Shown here: one piece after another, positions 23,745 to 36,605 of the stretch
Position numbering within the stretch: position 1 is the stretch's first letter
Layout: the number at the start of each line of letters is the position of its first letter
Assembly (NCBI GenBank): GCA_951406725.2
Contig: OX597825.1
Span: forward strand, 43,648,001-43,712,000
Length of the DNA stretch: 64,000 nucleotides
Direction: 5' to 3'
Origin: Octopus vulgaris
Lineage: Eukaryota
Notes under the pieces: generated by a model
Seen by the model: the letters and a program-made list of their open reading frames with translations, nothing else
The model's database searches: none
Told to the model about the DNA's origin: nothing
Made by a program: the position numbers and the translations under genes

Positions 23745-24170
23745 GTGTTAAGTCGACGAGCTGACAGAATCATTAGTACTCTGGGCAAAATACTTAGCGG
23801 CATTTTGTCCATCTTATGAAGTTCAAATTCCACTAGGGTAAACTTGAACCTTCATCCTTTTAGGGTCGACAAAATAAGTACCAGCTGACCACTGAAGTCG
23901 ATGTAATCGACTTTGCGCCTACCCCGAATTTACTGCTTTAATGACAAAATTTGAAACCATAACTATTATACAGGCGGTGAGCAGCCAGAATCATAAACAC
24001 GCAGGACAAAATGCTTAGCGACATTTCGCCCGTCTTTGCGTTCTGAGATCAAATGTTGCCGAGGTCAACTTGGCCTTTGCTTCCTCGGTGCCGATAAAAT
24101 AATTATCAGTCAAGTACTGGAGTCAATGTAACTGACTTGCCCCTTCCCCCAAAATTTCAGGCCTTTTGAT
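23745..24170 (+). mobile_element. Two adjacent decayed SINEs of the 25748 family
   Basis: Each has GAGCTG-CAGAATC..GTTCAAAT..TTCATCCTTT..GTCGA..AAGTACCAG-like blocks. Confidence 0.7.
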
Positions 24171-24878
24171 ATCATTATTGTTGTTTTTCTTGTTCTTGTT
24201 TATTGTCATAGATGAATGTGATTTAGGAACTCTGTTAGTCTATAATTTTTCTTCCCTCTGGAGGGCTAGACTTGTTAATTTTATAATTTTATCTTACTAA
24301 ACTGACCAGCGCAGAATATTGAAAGTTCTTAGGCGAGTTCGGAGGTGATAATAAACCATTTGTAGTGATCATGAGGACTCTAGTTGAGTGATTCTCATGA
24401 TTAAAAGTGTGGAGTAATTATGTTTCCTTAATATGAATAGTATTTCCGCATTGTTGCTGTGTGAACGACGGGGAATTGACATATTGCTGTTATTTTTTAA
24501 GTCACTGTTCACCGAGCCAGAGAAGGTTTAACGTGATGTGTCTAGGTTACGAGTGGAAGGCTAGGGAAGAATAAAGGGCAATGTTGTCTACGGAAGTACG
24601 TATCGGTTGGTTATGGTAGTAAGTTAAGAAGATTGCAGGGGATAAAACCTAACACTGGAGTATACCAGAGTTGATACAACAGATGGAAAAGTGTTATCAA
24701 GAGACGCGGTGATAGAGCCTTCTGATTGAAACTTATCGAGGCAAGAAATGTGGAAGTCAAGACACGTGGAACCTATTGGCGAGCAGCCGCAACGGATTCC
24801 CATGCCAGACATGGTCGAATATTTTCTTGACGTCGAGAGTGAGAACGTAGCTTCCAGGAAATTTTTACACAAGAGCCC

Positions 24879-24949
<71 letters not shown>

Positions 24950-25747
24950 GGAGAGTAGGTTACCAATAAACCTTCACCAATTATGGAGAGAGAGGGAATA
25001 AAACTAGGGATAAACAAGTGTTAGAAACTCAAACTGGAAGCAAAGATAAGTAAACTAGTACGAAATTAAATGTAAGGAAATTAGTTCATAGAAGATTGAA
25101 AGGAGACAAGTATTATAAGTGCGGGTGAAAGTGGAAGATAAAGGGGTGGATCTAGGTGGTGTGTTCGTGACCTTGATGCAGTAAATTACAGATGCTACTA
25201 TAAATTGGTTTTGATTCGTAAATATTGCAGAAATCGATACTTTTACAAATCTTATTTCTCTAAAGGAAATCTGTAAAGTATCTTTGGAAATAGCAATGAA
25301 TAGTAATACAAACTAAGGAGAAATTTATGTTTAAAATGGCTGCTGAAATATAATGCGAAAACATACATAAACACATACACACATATAAAAGCACGCGCAT
25401 ATAAATACACATATACAAATACACACATAACTTAAAAGATTATTTTAAAAGGTGTTATTAGAAAGGTTGTTTTGCATCAGATCCATATAAAAAATACATT
25501 TGGTCGAAAACGTTCCACAAGTGACCATCCCTATTTTTTCTTAGTGTAGTGTATCTAAGACAACATTATTTAATGAGCTTTTTTTTTAATTCATCTGAGA
25601 GTTATTTAGTTGTTGCTTCTAGATTGAGCGACTTTGCACTGGTCAGTGTCTTATTAGCGGTAAATGTAAAATCTCGTTGCTGAATAAAATGATTTCGTAT
25701 GAAGCATCTAATGGCATTTTTATGACATTTATAAATAAATAAATTAC

Positions 25748-25978
25748 GGCGGCGAGCTGGCAGAACCGTTAGCACGCCGGGCGAAATGCGTAGCTGTATT
25801 TCGTCTGCCGTTACGTTCTGAGTTCAAATTCCGCCGAGGTCGACTTTGCCTTTCATCCTTTCGGGGTCGATAAATTAAGTACCAGTTATGCACTGGGGTC
25901 GATGCAATGACTTAATCCGTTTGTCTGTCCTTGTTTGTCCCCTCTATGTTTAGCCCCTTGTGGGTAATATAGAAACAT
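25748..25978 (+). mobile_element. tRNA-related SINE (central domain resembles the Meta-SINE type)
   Basis: GGCGGCGAGCTGGCAGAA..GAGTTCAAATTCC..CCTTTCATCCTTTCGGGGTCGATAAATTAAGTACCAG; further decayed copies near 38370-38560, 50180-50380, 57580-57720, 60650-60940 and 61398-61660. Confidence 0.8.
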
Positions 25979-27749
25979 ATAAATAAATTAATTGTACTAA
26001 ATTCCAACTGAAAATTGAAACCGGTTGGGCCTGCGGGAAATAAATTGTTTTTATCTAGGTTTTGCAAGACTGTAAGCTGAATGTTTCGGACACTTTGCTA
26101 AAATGTTGATTTTGTGATAAAGACTTATCTTCAGTGGGATATTTAAGACGCCTTCGCAGTGTTTGCAGTTTTATAACCATCACACATTTACAGTGAAACC
26201 ATCAAAAGTGCACAAGGCATAAGAAACTATGTGATGGGAAAACAAGGAAATGAGAAGGTTGCGATGAGGAGAGACTAGTGAGAATTAAAATAACCACTAA
26301 ATCAGCCAGTGGCTGGATTATTTGCGTTATCTTCTTCAGAATATCATCTATGTATTCAAATCTCTTAGCTTTACTTTCTTCTTTCTTCGTTAAAAGAACG
26401 TATAAGTCCAGTACAGGAACTGATTTAATCTAGTGTGCCAACTTAATCAATAGAAATTACAGAAATTTATAGAAATTACAGCTAAGCAATACAACCGAGT
26501 TAAAATGGTTGTGCCTTCTTGTAAAATGCAAAATTTTGTGCTTATACTAGGTATCGATATTATAATCACGTGCGTATATATACATAGGCACATATGCAAG
26601 TGTGTATGCGTGTGTGTCAGTGTATGAGTGTGTGCACGTGCGTGTACGTATATGAGAGTGTATGGTTGAATATATATGTACTTATGTGCGGGTATGTGTA
26701 TACTTAAGTATGCGTGTATACATATGTGTATGTATGCACAACTCTTTGTAAATGTAAGTATGTGGGTGTATGTATCAGTCTATGTATGTATGTATGTATG
26801 TATGTATGTATGTATGTATGTATGTATGTATGTATGTATGTATGTGTACGTATGTGAATATGTATGCATCTATGTTTATATATGTATATACTAACTAGAG
26901 TGAAAATGAAGATGAACGGTAATCAGTAGGCTACCCGCCAAACATAATTTTTTTAAATATAGGAAAATTCCACTGAGATCTCAGAAATCGGACAGCCACC
27001 AACACATCTCTCTATCCATTTTCACAGACAAAATGGAGACTTAGATATTCGCATCCTTAACTTCTTATGGTGAGAAACGTTATCCTCCTGTCGCTGGATA
27101 TTTAAGAAAAGTCTTAGATCTTGTTTAAAACATTACTTAAGGTTATTGATACCATAACATTATCTGGAGTCCATTATGAATTTTAAAGTTTACTTATGCA
27201 ATCAATGATATATAAGGTTTTCGTCATATAACAGATATTATTCAAATTCTCCTATTTATTTTTTTCGGTGTGTGGTGTCATTGTTCCAGTTCTTTCAGTG
27301 CTTATCTTGTTAGTCATAACGCACCGTGCTTATGGAAATCGCGATTCAGGTATCCAATTCCTGACTAGTTGCGGCTTTTTCAGTTAACAGGGTTTTGGAG
27401 CTAAAATAGCAAATACGTGACTTCTTATTTTCTGATGCTGCTGCTCTTTTTACAACACCTATCAAACTACGAGAGGAGTTTGCTAAATATTTCTTTACGC
27501 CAGAAGACCATGGTTGAGCTACAAGGACAAACTCAAAGGCAACCCGAAAGTTACTTCAGAAACATTTGAAAAAGAAAACTTCATTGAATCGCAATCAATA
27601 TAGAGATAAAATGGACAAAACCTATATAATAAACCGTCTGGGTGCTCATAAGTACTGAAAAAATGGAAGCAAAAGCAAAATCTCGATCTATCATGCCACT
27701 AAATAACAATTGTTTCTTGTGTCTGACTTGTTTTTAAAATATGTTTCAT

Positions 27750-29382
27750 AAGGGACATAGACATCAAATCTAAGCTAAAATGGTTGATTGAAATTATTTT
27801 AGACGCTGTTCTTGTTGCAACACCTATGAAATTATGAGAGGAGTTTGCTAAATATTTCTCCATTGTGAATAAAGCTTTCGATCACTCAATCCACATTAGA
27901 ATTGCCGATGTTGTCTACCAGCCAAGGCTCATGCGATGCAAGTCAAAAGTATAAAACAACCAATACATTAATTCCTTACTACTCCCTTCACCACCGATGA
28001 CAAAACCTGAAAAATGTAAAGACCGTATATTTATGGTGGCGTTGGTAATGTTACTGCCGGATGTGGAGGGTGCGCTGTCGCTGTTACCGGTGTAGCCGGA
28101 GGTGCTACAATATTTGTTATTATTGTTATTATTGCTATCTTCCCTGGTGGGAGGGGTGATGTTCCCTTGGATAGGGCTACCATTATTCACGTCTATGGTG
28201 GTGCCTCTGTTAGGGGTGCTGCTGCTGCGGCCGATATAGTTTGGTCCTGTTACTGCTGCTATGAGAACTGTGAGTGGGTATGCTGTCCTGTCTGCTATTT
28301 GTAAGGCTGGTGTTGGAGGCGATATCACTGTGGTCGATGTTAGTGATGGTGGTGGTGGTGCCGTCGGCGATGTAGTCGGCACTGTTGGTGTTGCAGTTGT
28401 TGACGTTGGTAAGGCTGTTCGCGGCGGCGGCGGGGAGGGATGTCTGTTGTTTGCTCTGCCCTCGTGTGTACAGCTGCTATGGCTCCTACCGGTGGAATTG
28501 GCCGGGTTCGCCCGCACCTCGGCTTGATAGACAACGCCTTTGGTTTCGCAGCGGTCTTCTACCGAGCAACTGTTGTGGATCCTGCATGAACAACCCGCCT
28601 CTTCCCGTTGCTTAGGGGCGCCAACTAAGATTCTCTTATCACTAGGGGCACAGATAAACGAGACCCTAACGTTGCACCTGTTGAAAATGGAGGTATGTAA
28701 AGTATTCATCTATTAATTTAAAGGAAAAGTCTACCTACGGGCGTTATGGTATTAAGGGAGAAGGCGGGGCAAACCAAATTGTATTTCTGCGGCGTTTTCT
28801 TCTTCTACCAGATCGATCTCGAATTTGCCCGGATTGATAAGGCGGCACTTAGGGTTAGAGGCAAAGTTCGGTTTGTGACCTTTTATGGTGATGAAAGCGT
28901 TCCTTTTAGCGTGGATTTCTACCCTGTCCCCTATCTCTAAATTATTAGCTAATTTTTTAGTTTCACTGCCGTATGTGGGGCGGGGGTTGCCTGTGTGTCT
29001 GTGTAATGTTATTTTCTAGTAGCCTGTTGTATTCTATGGTATCTAACCGATATAAGTTCTTCGTCTTATCGGAGAAAATTAGGGACCTATCCGAGTTTTT
29101 AATATCCTAATGTCGGCACGGAGTTTACGTTGGAAGGAGGAAGAGGACTTATGGAATTTCCCTTTTGAGATAATTCCTAGAAGGTCCGCTTCAAAGGGTT
29201 CGAGGTCTTTAATTCTGGGCTGGTATTTCCTTAATCTAATACTATAGTTGTCACCCTCCAGACCTGGTGCGGCTAGAACGTAGCGGAAAGCTCATACGCC
29301 TAATCACGTCCATAATCTTCTCCAACAGCATTCGAGTGTATAGTTCTATAGTTCGTTGGATGGCGTGTCGATGTTTTTGGTG

Positions 29383-29383
<1 letters not shown>
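27750..29383 (-). pseudogene. Internally deleted PLE lacking the RT core, with GIY-YIG remnant
   Basis: STKNIDTP..LLEKIMDVIRRM, FITIKGHKPNFASNPKCRLINPGKFEI joined directly to RRRNTIWFAPP, then CSC..C..C..GVVYQAEV. Confidence 0.8.
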
Positions 29384-29468
<85 letters not shown>

Positions 29469-30823
29469 TCTATTTTTTTAATTATTATACATCTTCTACT
29501 GAGGATGGAGCCAGTTTCCAACATTGATATAAGGCTCCATCTTTGGTATGTAGATAACACAAATTCAGATTGGGAATTTGAGAAAAGGGTCGCATGTTTT
29601 TACTGTTCCACTCACTGATTGCACTTGTATTTACATCTTCTTAAATAGCTTACTGGTGAAGTAGTTCTGTTTTTTATTGGTGGTGACGTTGTCAGTTTCA
29701 TCCGTGGTGGTTTTAGTTTCAGTCATAATCGTGTTAGCGAGATTCCATGTGGTGTAGGAGTATATTTTTAAATCTGTTCAAGATAACGCTACGTCGGTGA
29801 GTAAAAGGTGTTTCTCTTACAAATTATTGGAGAAATAAACCAGTTATCGATTTAGGCTGGAGAAGTCGGCATATTTCTAGAGGAAGGCGTTCAAAACGGA
29901 CTTTTTAAACGGTCCTCTACACCTTCACGTCCGATGCTGACGGCGTCGTGTGTATGTATGCATGCCTGTGTGTATGTAAGTATGTATGTATGTACGCACG
30001 CACGTATGTATGTATGGATGGATGGATGGATGGATGGATGGATGGATGGATGGATGGATGGATGGATGGATGGATGGATGGATGGATGTAAGTGTGTGTG
30101 TATGTATATATGAATGTATGTATGTGTGCGTGTGTATGTATTAAGGTTCTGGACGGGCAGTGAAACGGTGTCATTACAATGCGCCGCTCGAGTCGAGCTT
30201 GAGGTTATCAACACTCTTAAATTGTAGTCCTAAGTAAGATCAAATCCTCCAGGTGCAAAAAATCCAGTTGTCACATGAGTGGGTTTTGCTGAAGAATAAA
30301 ATATAATCCAAATACGAAGACAAAGAGAGAGTGTATCACCTCTTTAATGACTAGCTACAACCGTTTCTGTTCTAACAGCCAATTCATGCGAAAGTTCCAT
30401 GTGAAAGATTTCGTAATACTTGCGGTTTTAACGGATGTAAGAGCGCACCTGTGATACATGAATGATTACGTTCTACACTAACGTTTTAAACTACAGAGAA
30501 CTGCGTGAAATAGCATTCAAAAACAGAGTCGCAGCAAACAAAATTGTAACTGCTCATGAAGGATGTCATAAACTCTTTCATTGACGCCTTATTTCGATTA
30601 CGCACACACACACACACACACAGGTGTATATATGTATGAATATTAGCTACTAGCGACGAATCAGACTTCGTATTAGCACATCCAACCTAAACTGAATGTT
30701 CTAAGACGAAATCACGCGATACAATGCTGAAGAAATTTTGTTTTTTAACATTTGTCGCCTAAACGAGATGATTTCTCGGCACGTTTACCGAGAAAACATC
30801 CAATTTAGGTAGGATGCGGTAAT

Positions 30824-30859
<36 letters not shown>

Positions 30860-31166
30860 TTGTGTTTGGGTTTTTTTCAGTCATTTGACTACATCCATAG
30901 TCGGGCACCGCCTTGGAGGGGTTTAGTCAAGCAAATCGAGCACAGGACTCGTTTTTCTAAGTCTAGTGCTTATTCTACCGATCTCTATTGCTGAACCGCT
31001 GGGTTACGGGGACTTAAACACATGAACGGCGCTTGTCAAGCAGGGGTGGGGGACAAACACAAATTCACACATACATACACATAAACATACATACATATAT
31101 GCATGAATACACACACATACACATATATATATACTAGTAGATGGCATGTTTTATATATATATATAT

Positions 31167-32328
31167 TTATAAGTTCAGCAAAATTTGCAACAAGGATATC
31201 CAAGTTAGTGTAGTACAATCGTTTCATGCTACTTCATTTTATTAAACACTGTAAGTATTACATCAGTTTTAAAATGTTGAGCAATCTTCAGCCACATATA
31301 GAATGTTTTAATTAAATGGACAATGTACATTTTTATACTTATTTCATTTGCCAACATTACAAAGAGGGTAGATATATAGACAGAGAGGCTAATTTCATCA
31401 ATAAGAACATGGTGGTAGTATGTCCTTCTCCATCTGTAGATTTTTTGTCACTGAGTTCACTTTGTTATTTAGATCTGTCAGTGGGGAAGGGGTTTCTTTT
31501 CTTGATTCAATGAAGACAAACAATATTTTTTTCTATTTATAGATAGAGGAAGGGGTAGTACAAATGTCAAAGCCGTAAATCCATCCTCATTATGAGGAAT
31601 TTAACTTAGGCCTATTTGAATGTATTTTAGCAAAATTTAGTAGGCTGAAGTTAGTGGGGTAGGGGGAATAGAGACTACTAATGCTCTAGAGATTTCTAAT
31701 GTCCCTTGCCATTTAACAGCCATAATTCTGCTTGTGAATTTTAAATAAATATCCTTTAGATAGTTTTTCCAAAGGATTCCATTAAATTTTGGTATCCTAT
31801 ATAGGGATATAAAATATAGAAATCATTTCATACTTATATAAATATATATATATATATATCCATTTCTATTAATATATAATCGTAGTTAGTTAGTAAATAG
31901 GGATTTATTTTATTAATGAGTTAAATTAAAAGAATATGCTAGATATAATATTTACTAACTGTAAAAAAAAAACCTTATCAATTAGCACATATATCAGGAG
32001 TCTATAAGTCATATTAAAAAGTAATGGAAGGGAGGTAATCAAAATGAACCAAATAATTTCCCTAGATATATAGGATTTTGCAACCTCATATAGGAGATTA
32101 TAAAAAAATTCTGATTTCACTTTATTCAAATTTATTTATATTATAAAATTTCTTAATAATCTATGCAGGTTAAATAAAAGCCAGTTTGGTATATTAATCC
32201 CTTATTTGGTTACAAGATATTAAGATTTGAAAATTTAGAATTGGTATGAATGTTATTATTTAAAATACTTAAAAGTACGGGTGGCACAGTGTATACAGGA
32301 TACTCCTAGTTCAGAACGGTTATCCAAG
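31167..32328 (-). mobile_element. 3' end of a PLE related to the 2411-5500 element (last codons, 3' UTR, pLTR) between (TA)n tracts
   Basis: NRSELGVSCIHCATRTFKYFK* matches the C-terminus ending at 2411; about 31185-31440 is homologous to about 5265-5500. Confidence 0.85.
31209..31296 (-). ncRNA. Hammerhead ribozyme with long stem II
   Basis: Minus strand: TGTGG-CTGAAGA-TTGCTCAACATTTTA..TAAAATGAAGTAGCAT-GAAA-CGATT-GTA-CTACA. Confidence 0.75.
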
Positions 32329-32345
32329 TATATATATATATATAT

Positions 32346-32620
32346 TCTTTTATTTGTTTCAGTCCTTTGACTGCGGCCATGCTGGAGCACGGCCCTTAGT
32401 CGAACAAACCAACCCCAGGACTTATTCTTCGTAAGCCTAATAATTATTCTATATATGCACGAGGGGTTTCTTTCGATTTCCGTCTACCAAATCCACTCAC
32501 AAGGCTTTGGACGGCCTGTGACTATAGTAGAAGGCTCTTGCTGAAAATGCCACGCAATGGGACTGAACTCGGAACCATGTGGTCCGAAACAAGCTTCTTA
32601 TCACACATATTCGCCTGCGC
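32346..32620 (-). mobile_element. tRNA-derived SINE (35883 family)
   Basis: Reverse-complement similarity to 35883-36275 (GAGTTCAGTCCCA..AAAGCCTTGTGAGTGGATTTGGTAGACGGAAA). Confidence 0.75.
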
Positions 32621-32656
32621 CTACACACACAGACACACACATATACATACATATAC

Positions 32657-32689
<33 letters not shown>

Positions 32690-32844
32690 CACACACAATA
32701 CATATATGTGTATGTGTATGTATGTATGTATGTATGTATGTATGTATATGTTATACCTTTCCATAACAACCAACTATAGAATCTAATTATCACCCCACTC
32801 AAACCCACATATTCAAATATAATTTTCACTCAGCAGAGACTATG

Positions 32845-33201
32845 CAGTGGTCCGAAAGTCTTGTCCCCACCTACCGGATAGTACTAAGAATAACGGAAGA
32901 ACAATATAATAATATGAAACACATGTAGTGGTTTTAGTATATTTACTTTCATTGACACTGATACTATTACATATGGTGAAGGTTTGTTCGAACACTATCA
33001 TTTTCGTAACACAAAATGATGCGGTGCCATGTCCTGTGTAATATTTAACGAAGCTGTGCTTTGGTGATTGTTGCAAAGGCTGCCGATACAATGTCCTTCG
33101 ACTGTTGGGTATTCCGGTATCGCTCTTGTGAAGCCCTCTCCTTGATAATAGAAAATTAAAACAATATTTACAGGTGGTGACAAGGCTTTCGGACCACCCT
33201 G
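32845..33201. mobile_element. Tc1/mariner-type MITE
   Basis: Imperfect ~28-bp TIRs CAGTGGTCCGAAAGTCTTGTCCCCACCT / AGGTGGTGACAAGGCTTTCGGACCACCCTG, followed by TA; no transposase. Confidence 0.65.
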
Positions 33202-33625
33202 TATATAAAGATAATACTAACTTCAATGCATCGGAATCCGACGATGACTTAGCTAGTCGAATCTTGGAAGTCACTGTCATCAGCAGTCTTGTTTAAGAAT
33301 AATAATTAGTACGCTACAAAAGTATTACTGTAAAATAACGTCAGATTAATGTAAAATTGTTTTTATTTTAACTAAGCATAAAAACAGTAATATATATATA
33401 TATATATATATTTGTTTAAATGGAAAGATGAATTTTCTTGTTACGGATTATTCAAAAGTTTAACCGATACCTGGGTAAGAAAAATCACAGCAGAAAAAAC
33501 ACTGTTGGAGATAAGACCATATGGTGTTGCAACCGTGCGTTGGTGCGGATAATTGAAGTTTAATATAATTAGTGAATGGAAGAAATGGAGTTGAACGAAG
33601 ATTGTACAGAATTCCTTTTATTACA

Positions 33626-33705
33626 TTCTACACATGTTTCAAAGGCCACAATTTTCCAAATTCTGATTAAATAAGGATACCATATTGCAGCTTTCTCTTC
33701 AGGAA
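33626..33705 (-). ncRNA. Hammerhead ribozyme (inverted pLTR copy)
   Basis: Exact reverse complement of 35679-35758. Confidence 0.75.
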
Positions 33706-34308
33706 AAACCAGGAATTACGTTGTCAGAACAAAACAAAACAGAGGCGCAGCAAAGCAATTCGAACGAGGACGCTCCTTAAGAGCCCATGGGTAAACTGTT
33801 TAACAATGTACGTTGAAATCGGGGGTTGGTGGGGGCCGACAAAAGGTCCGTTGGAATAAATCCAGGTCAGGCCGCGGTCAAATCTAGTAGGTGAGGAATT
33901 AATGAGAACAAGGGGTGTGGAGATGTTCTGTGTGACCAAAACTAATGTTCTGAATATTTTAAGAATACAGGGTGTATTTTTTAGGTGCGAGACAAAACCT
34001 ACCTAAAAGCATGTATGTGTATACTAGCCTATGTGTGCGTCGCCGTATGTTGGCGAGGGGCGCTAGATAATGAGCACTGCTGAAAAAAGCCTGTCAGGCG
34101 GCTGAAAAAATTCTGTGTTCGTGTGTTCGTCTGTGGCCTGCTTGTCTAAAAATTATCATCGTCAAAGAATCATGAGGGTATATAATTCCAGCGTTTGCTT
34201 CTAAAAAACCGACCAATCGCCTAAGGGGAGTAATTTCCCCTTGCAAGAGTTATTCAGAGATTTTTTAAAAAGTTTTTTCAAAAATTATTTCCAAAAATTA
34301 TTTTCATT

Positions 34309-35041
34309 CACTGGTAATCTCAGTACCAACCAGGGAGTAAATAATAGGATTAACGATAGAAGAAATGATGATGTTAATAAAGTTAGTAATGGTTATAGGG
34401 AGGTGAGCGCAGTTCGTGTCATTAATGTAGAGAGTCATAATAGCAACTTTAGCAACGTTTCCAACAATAGTAGGTCCACGGATACTAGCAATCACAGCGT
34501 TCTCAGTGATAGGGAATACACAGGGGATAGTCCGTTAATTAATATTGATAATGAGGAGTATAATGTAGTAGGCGGCCGCAGTTCTCACAGTCAATATAGT
34601 AACAGAAACGCAGTATTAATATCAGAAGCTAATCCCAATAGAATAAGGTTCTTGTCTAGTAACTCCAAGATCAGAAATGCCATTTACCAATGCAATGTTT
34701 ACACGGATTCGGATGTCTACTCGTATGTCGGGGCCTCATCGTCAAAATTGGCCTTGAGAATATCGAACCATTTCGCAACTTTTCGCGACGTTAATAAATA
34801 CCAAGCTACAGGACTTAGCAAACTTATCTGGCGTTTGAAAAACGCGAATTCAGTTTTTAGGCTGGAATGGTCGATTTTGTCGGTGGCCCTCCCGTTTGAT
34901 AGGGGCAGAAGGAGGTGTAATCTTTGTAACTCTGAGCTTTTCCACATATTGTTCGCCAGAGGCCGTTTGGTAAACGGGCTTTTACAGACGGCTTTTCGAT
35001 GTCCCCATTGGCGGCGTCATACTTATCTTACATATAAATGA
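34309..35041 (+). pseudogene. PLE GIY-YIG endonuclease domain, 5'-truncated but uninterrupted
   Basis: NAIYQC..YVGASS..RISNHFATF..TGLSKLIWRLK..CNLCNSE..CPH; preceded by an N/S-rich linker. Confidence 0.85.
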
Positions 35042-35678
35042 TACCTAAGACAATTAACACCTTGTTACCCTATTAAAATGAAAATAATTTTTGGAAATAA
35101 TTTTTGAAAAAACTTTTTTAAAATCTCTGAATAACTCTTGCAAGAGGAAATTACTCCCCTTAAGCGATTGGTCGGTTTTTTAGAAGCAAACGCTGGAATT
35201 ATATACCCTCATGATTCTTTGACGATGATAATTTTTAGACAAGCAGGCCACAGACGAACACACGAACACAGAATTTTTTCAGCCGCCTGACAGGCTTTTT
35301 TCAGCAGTGCTCATTATCTAGCGCCCCTCGCCAACATACGGCGACGCACACATAGGCTAGTATACACATACATGCTTTTAGGTAGGTTTTGTCTCGCACC
35401 TAAAAAATACACCCTGTATTCTTAAAATATTCAGAACATTAGTTTTGGTCACACAGAACATCTCCACACCCCTTGTTCTCATTAATTCCTCACCTACTAG
35501 ATTTGACCGCGGCCTGACCTGGATTTATTCCAACGGACCTTTTGTCGGCCCCCACCAACCCCCGATTTCAACGTACATTGTTAAACAGTTTACCCATGGG
35601 CTCTTAAGGAGCGTCCTCGTTCGAATTGCTTTGCTGCGCCTCTGTTTTGTTTTGTTCTGACAACGTAATTCCTGGTTT

Positions 35679-35758
35679 TTCCTGAAGAGAAAGCTGCAAT
35701 ATGGTATCCTTATTTAATCAGAATTTGGAAAATTGTGGCCTTTGAAACATGTGTAGAA
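35679..35758 (+). ncRNA. Hammerhead ribozyme with extended stem II
   Basis: TTC-CTGAAGA-GAAAGCTGCAAT..ATTGTGGCCTTT-GAAA-CATGT-GTA-GAA; palindromic ACATGT in stem III. Confidence 0.75.
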
Positions 35759-35812
35759 TGTAATAAAAGGAATTCTGTACAATCTTCGTTCAACTCCATT
35801 TCTTCCATTCAC

Positions 35813-35876
<64 letters not shown>

Positions 35877-35882
35877 TATATA

Positions 35883-36275
35883 CAGGCGCAGGTGTGGATG
35901 TGTGGTGAGAAGCTTTCCAACCACATAGTTCCGGGTTCAGTCCCACTGCGTTGCAACTTAGGCAAGAGATTTTTACTAGAGCCATGGACCAACCAAAGCC
36001 TTGTGAGTGGATTTGGTAGACGGAAACTGAAAAGGAGACTGTCGTATATATATATGTATATATTTGTGTGTATGTTCTTGTGTCTGTGTTTGTTCCTCCA
36101 CCATCACTTGACAACCGATGATGGTGTGTTTACGTCCCCGTAACATTAGCGGTTCGGCAACAACGTACTGATAGAATAAGTACCAGGTTGACAAAAAATA
36201 AGTCCTGGGGTCGATTTCTTCAACTACAAAAGGCGGTGCTCCAGCATGGTCAAATGGCTGAAACAAGTAAAAGAG
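35883..36275 (+). mobile_element. tRNA-derived SINE
   Basis: GGCGCAGGTGTGG..GTGG box A-like and GGGTTCAGTCCC box B-like; related pieces near 30860-31080, 39030-39085, 42350-42620 and 52940-53150. Confidence 0.8.
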
Positions 36276-36305
36276 TGACAAAGTGTGTAGAAGAATGTGT
36301 ATATA

Positions 36306-36344
<39 letters not shown>

Positions 36345-36541
36345 ATGGGTGGGTGGGTGTATGTATTGTAATGTTATTATCAGTCCGAATATACATGATG
36401 CATGTTCGAACTGGGAAACAAGCTACTCACTGCGTTTTGTCACAGAGAATATATCTCGCTTGTTGACAAATGGTGTGTACACACCTAAATCAGCTCGCAG
36501 CGCCCCTACCTAGACTGTAAGATGCACTCCCCCCTTCCGTA

Positions 36542-36605
<64 letters not shown>

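Larger units (their letters stand above)
33412..35821 (+). mobile_element. 5'-truncated PLE with inverted pseudo-LTRs in (TA)n
   Basis: About 745-bp near-perfect inverted arms at 33563-34308 and 35077-35821 enclosing a GIY-YIG fragment; ~150-bp extension beyond the left arm; (TA)n on both sides. Confidence 0.9.

Noticed and set aside
33724-33939. Identical 71-aa ORFs at 33724 (-) and 35445 (+)
   Set aside because: A by-product of the inverted pLTR duplication; non-ATG start and no motifs.
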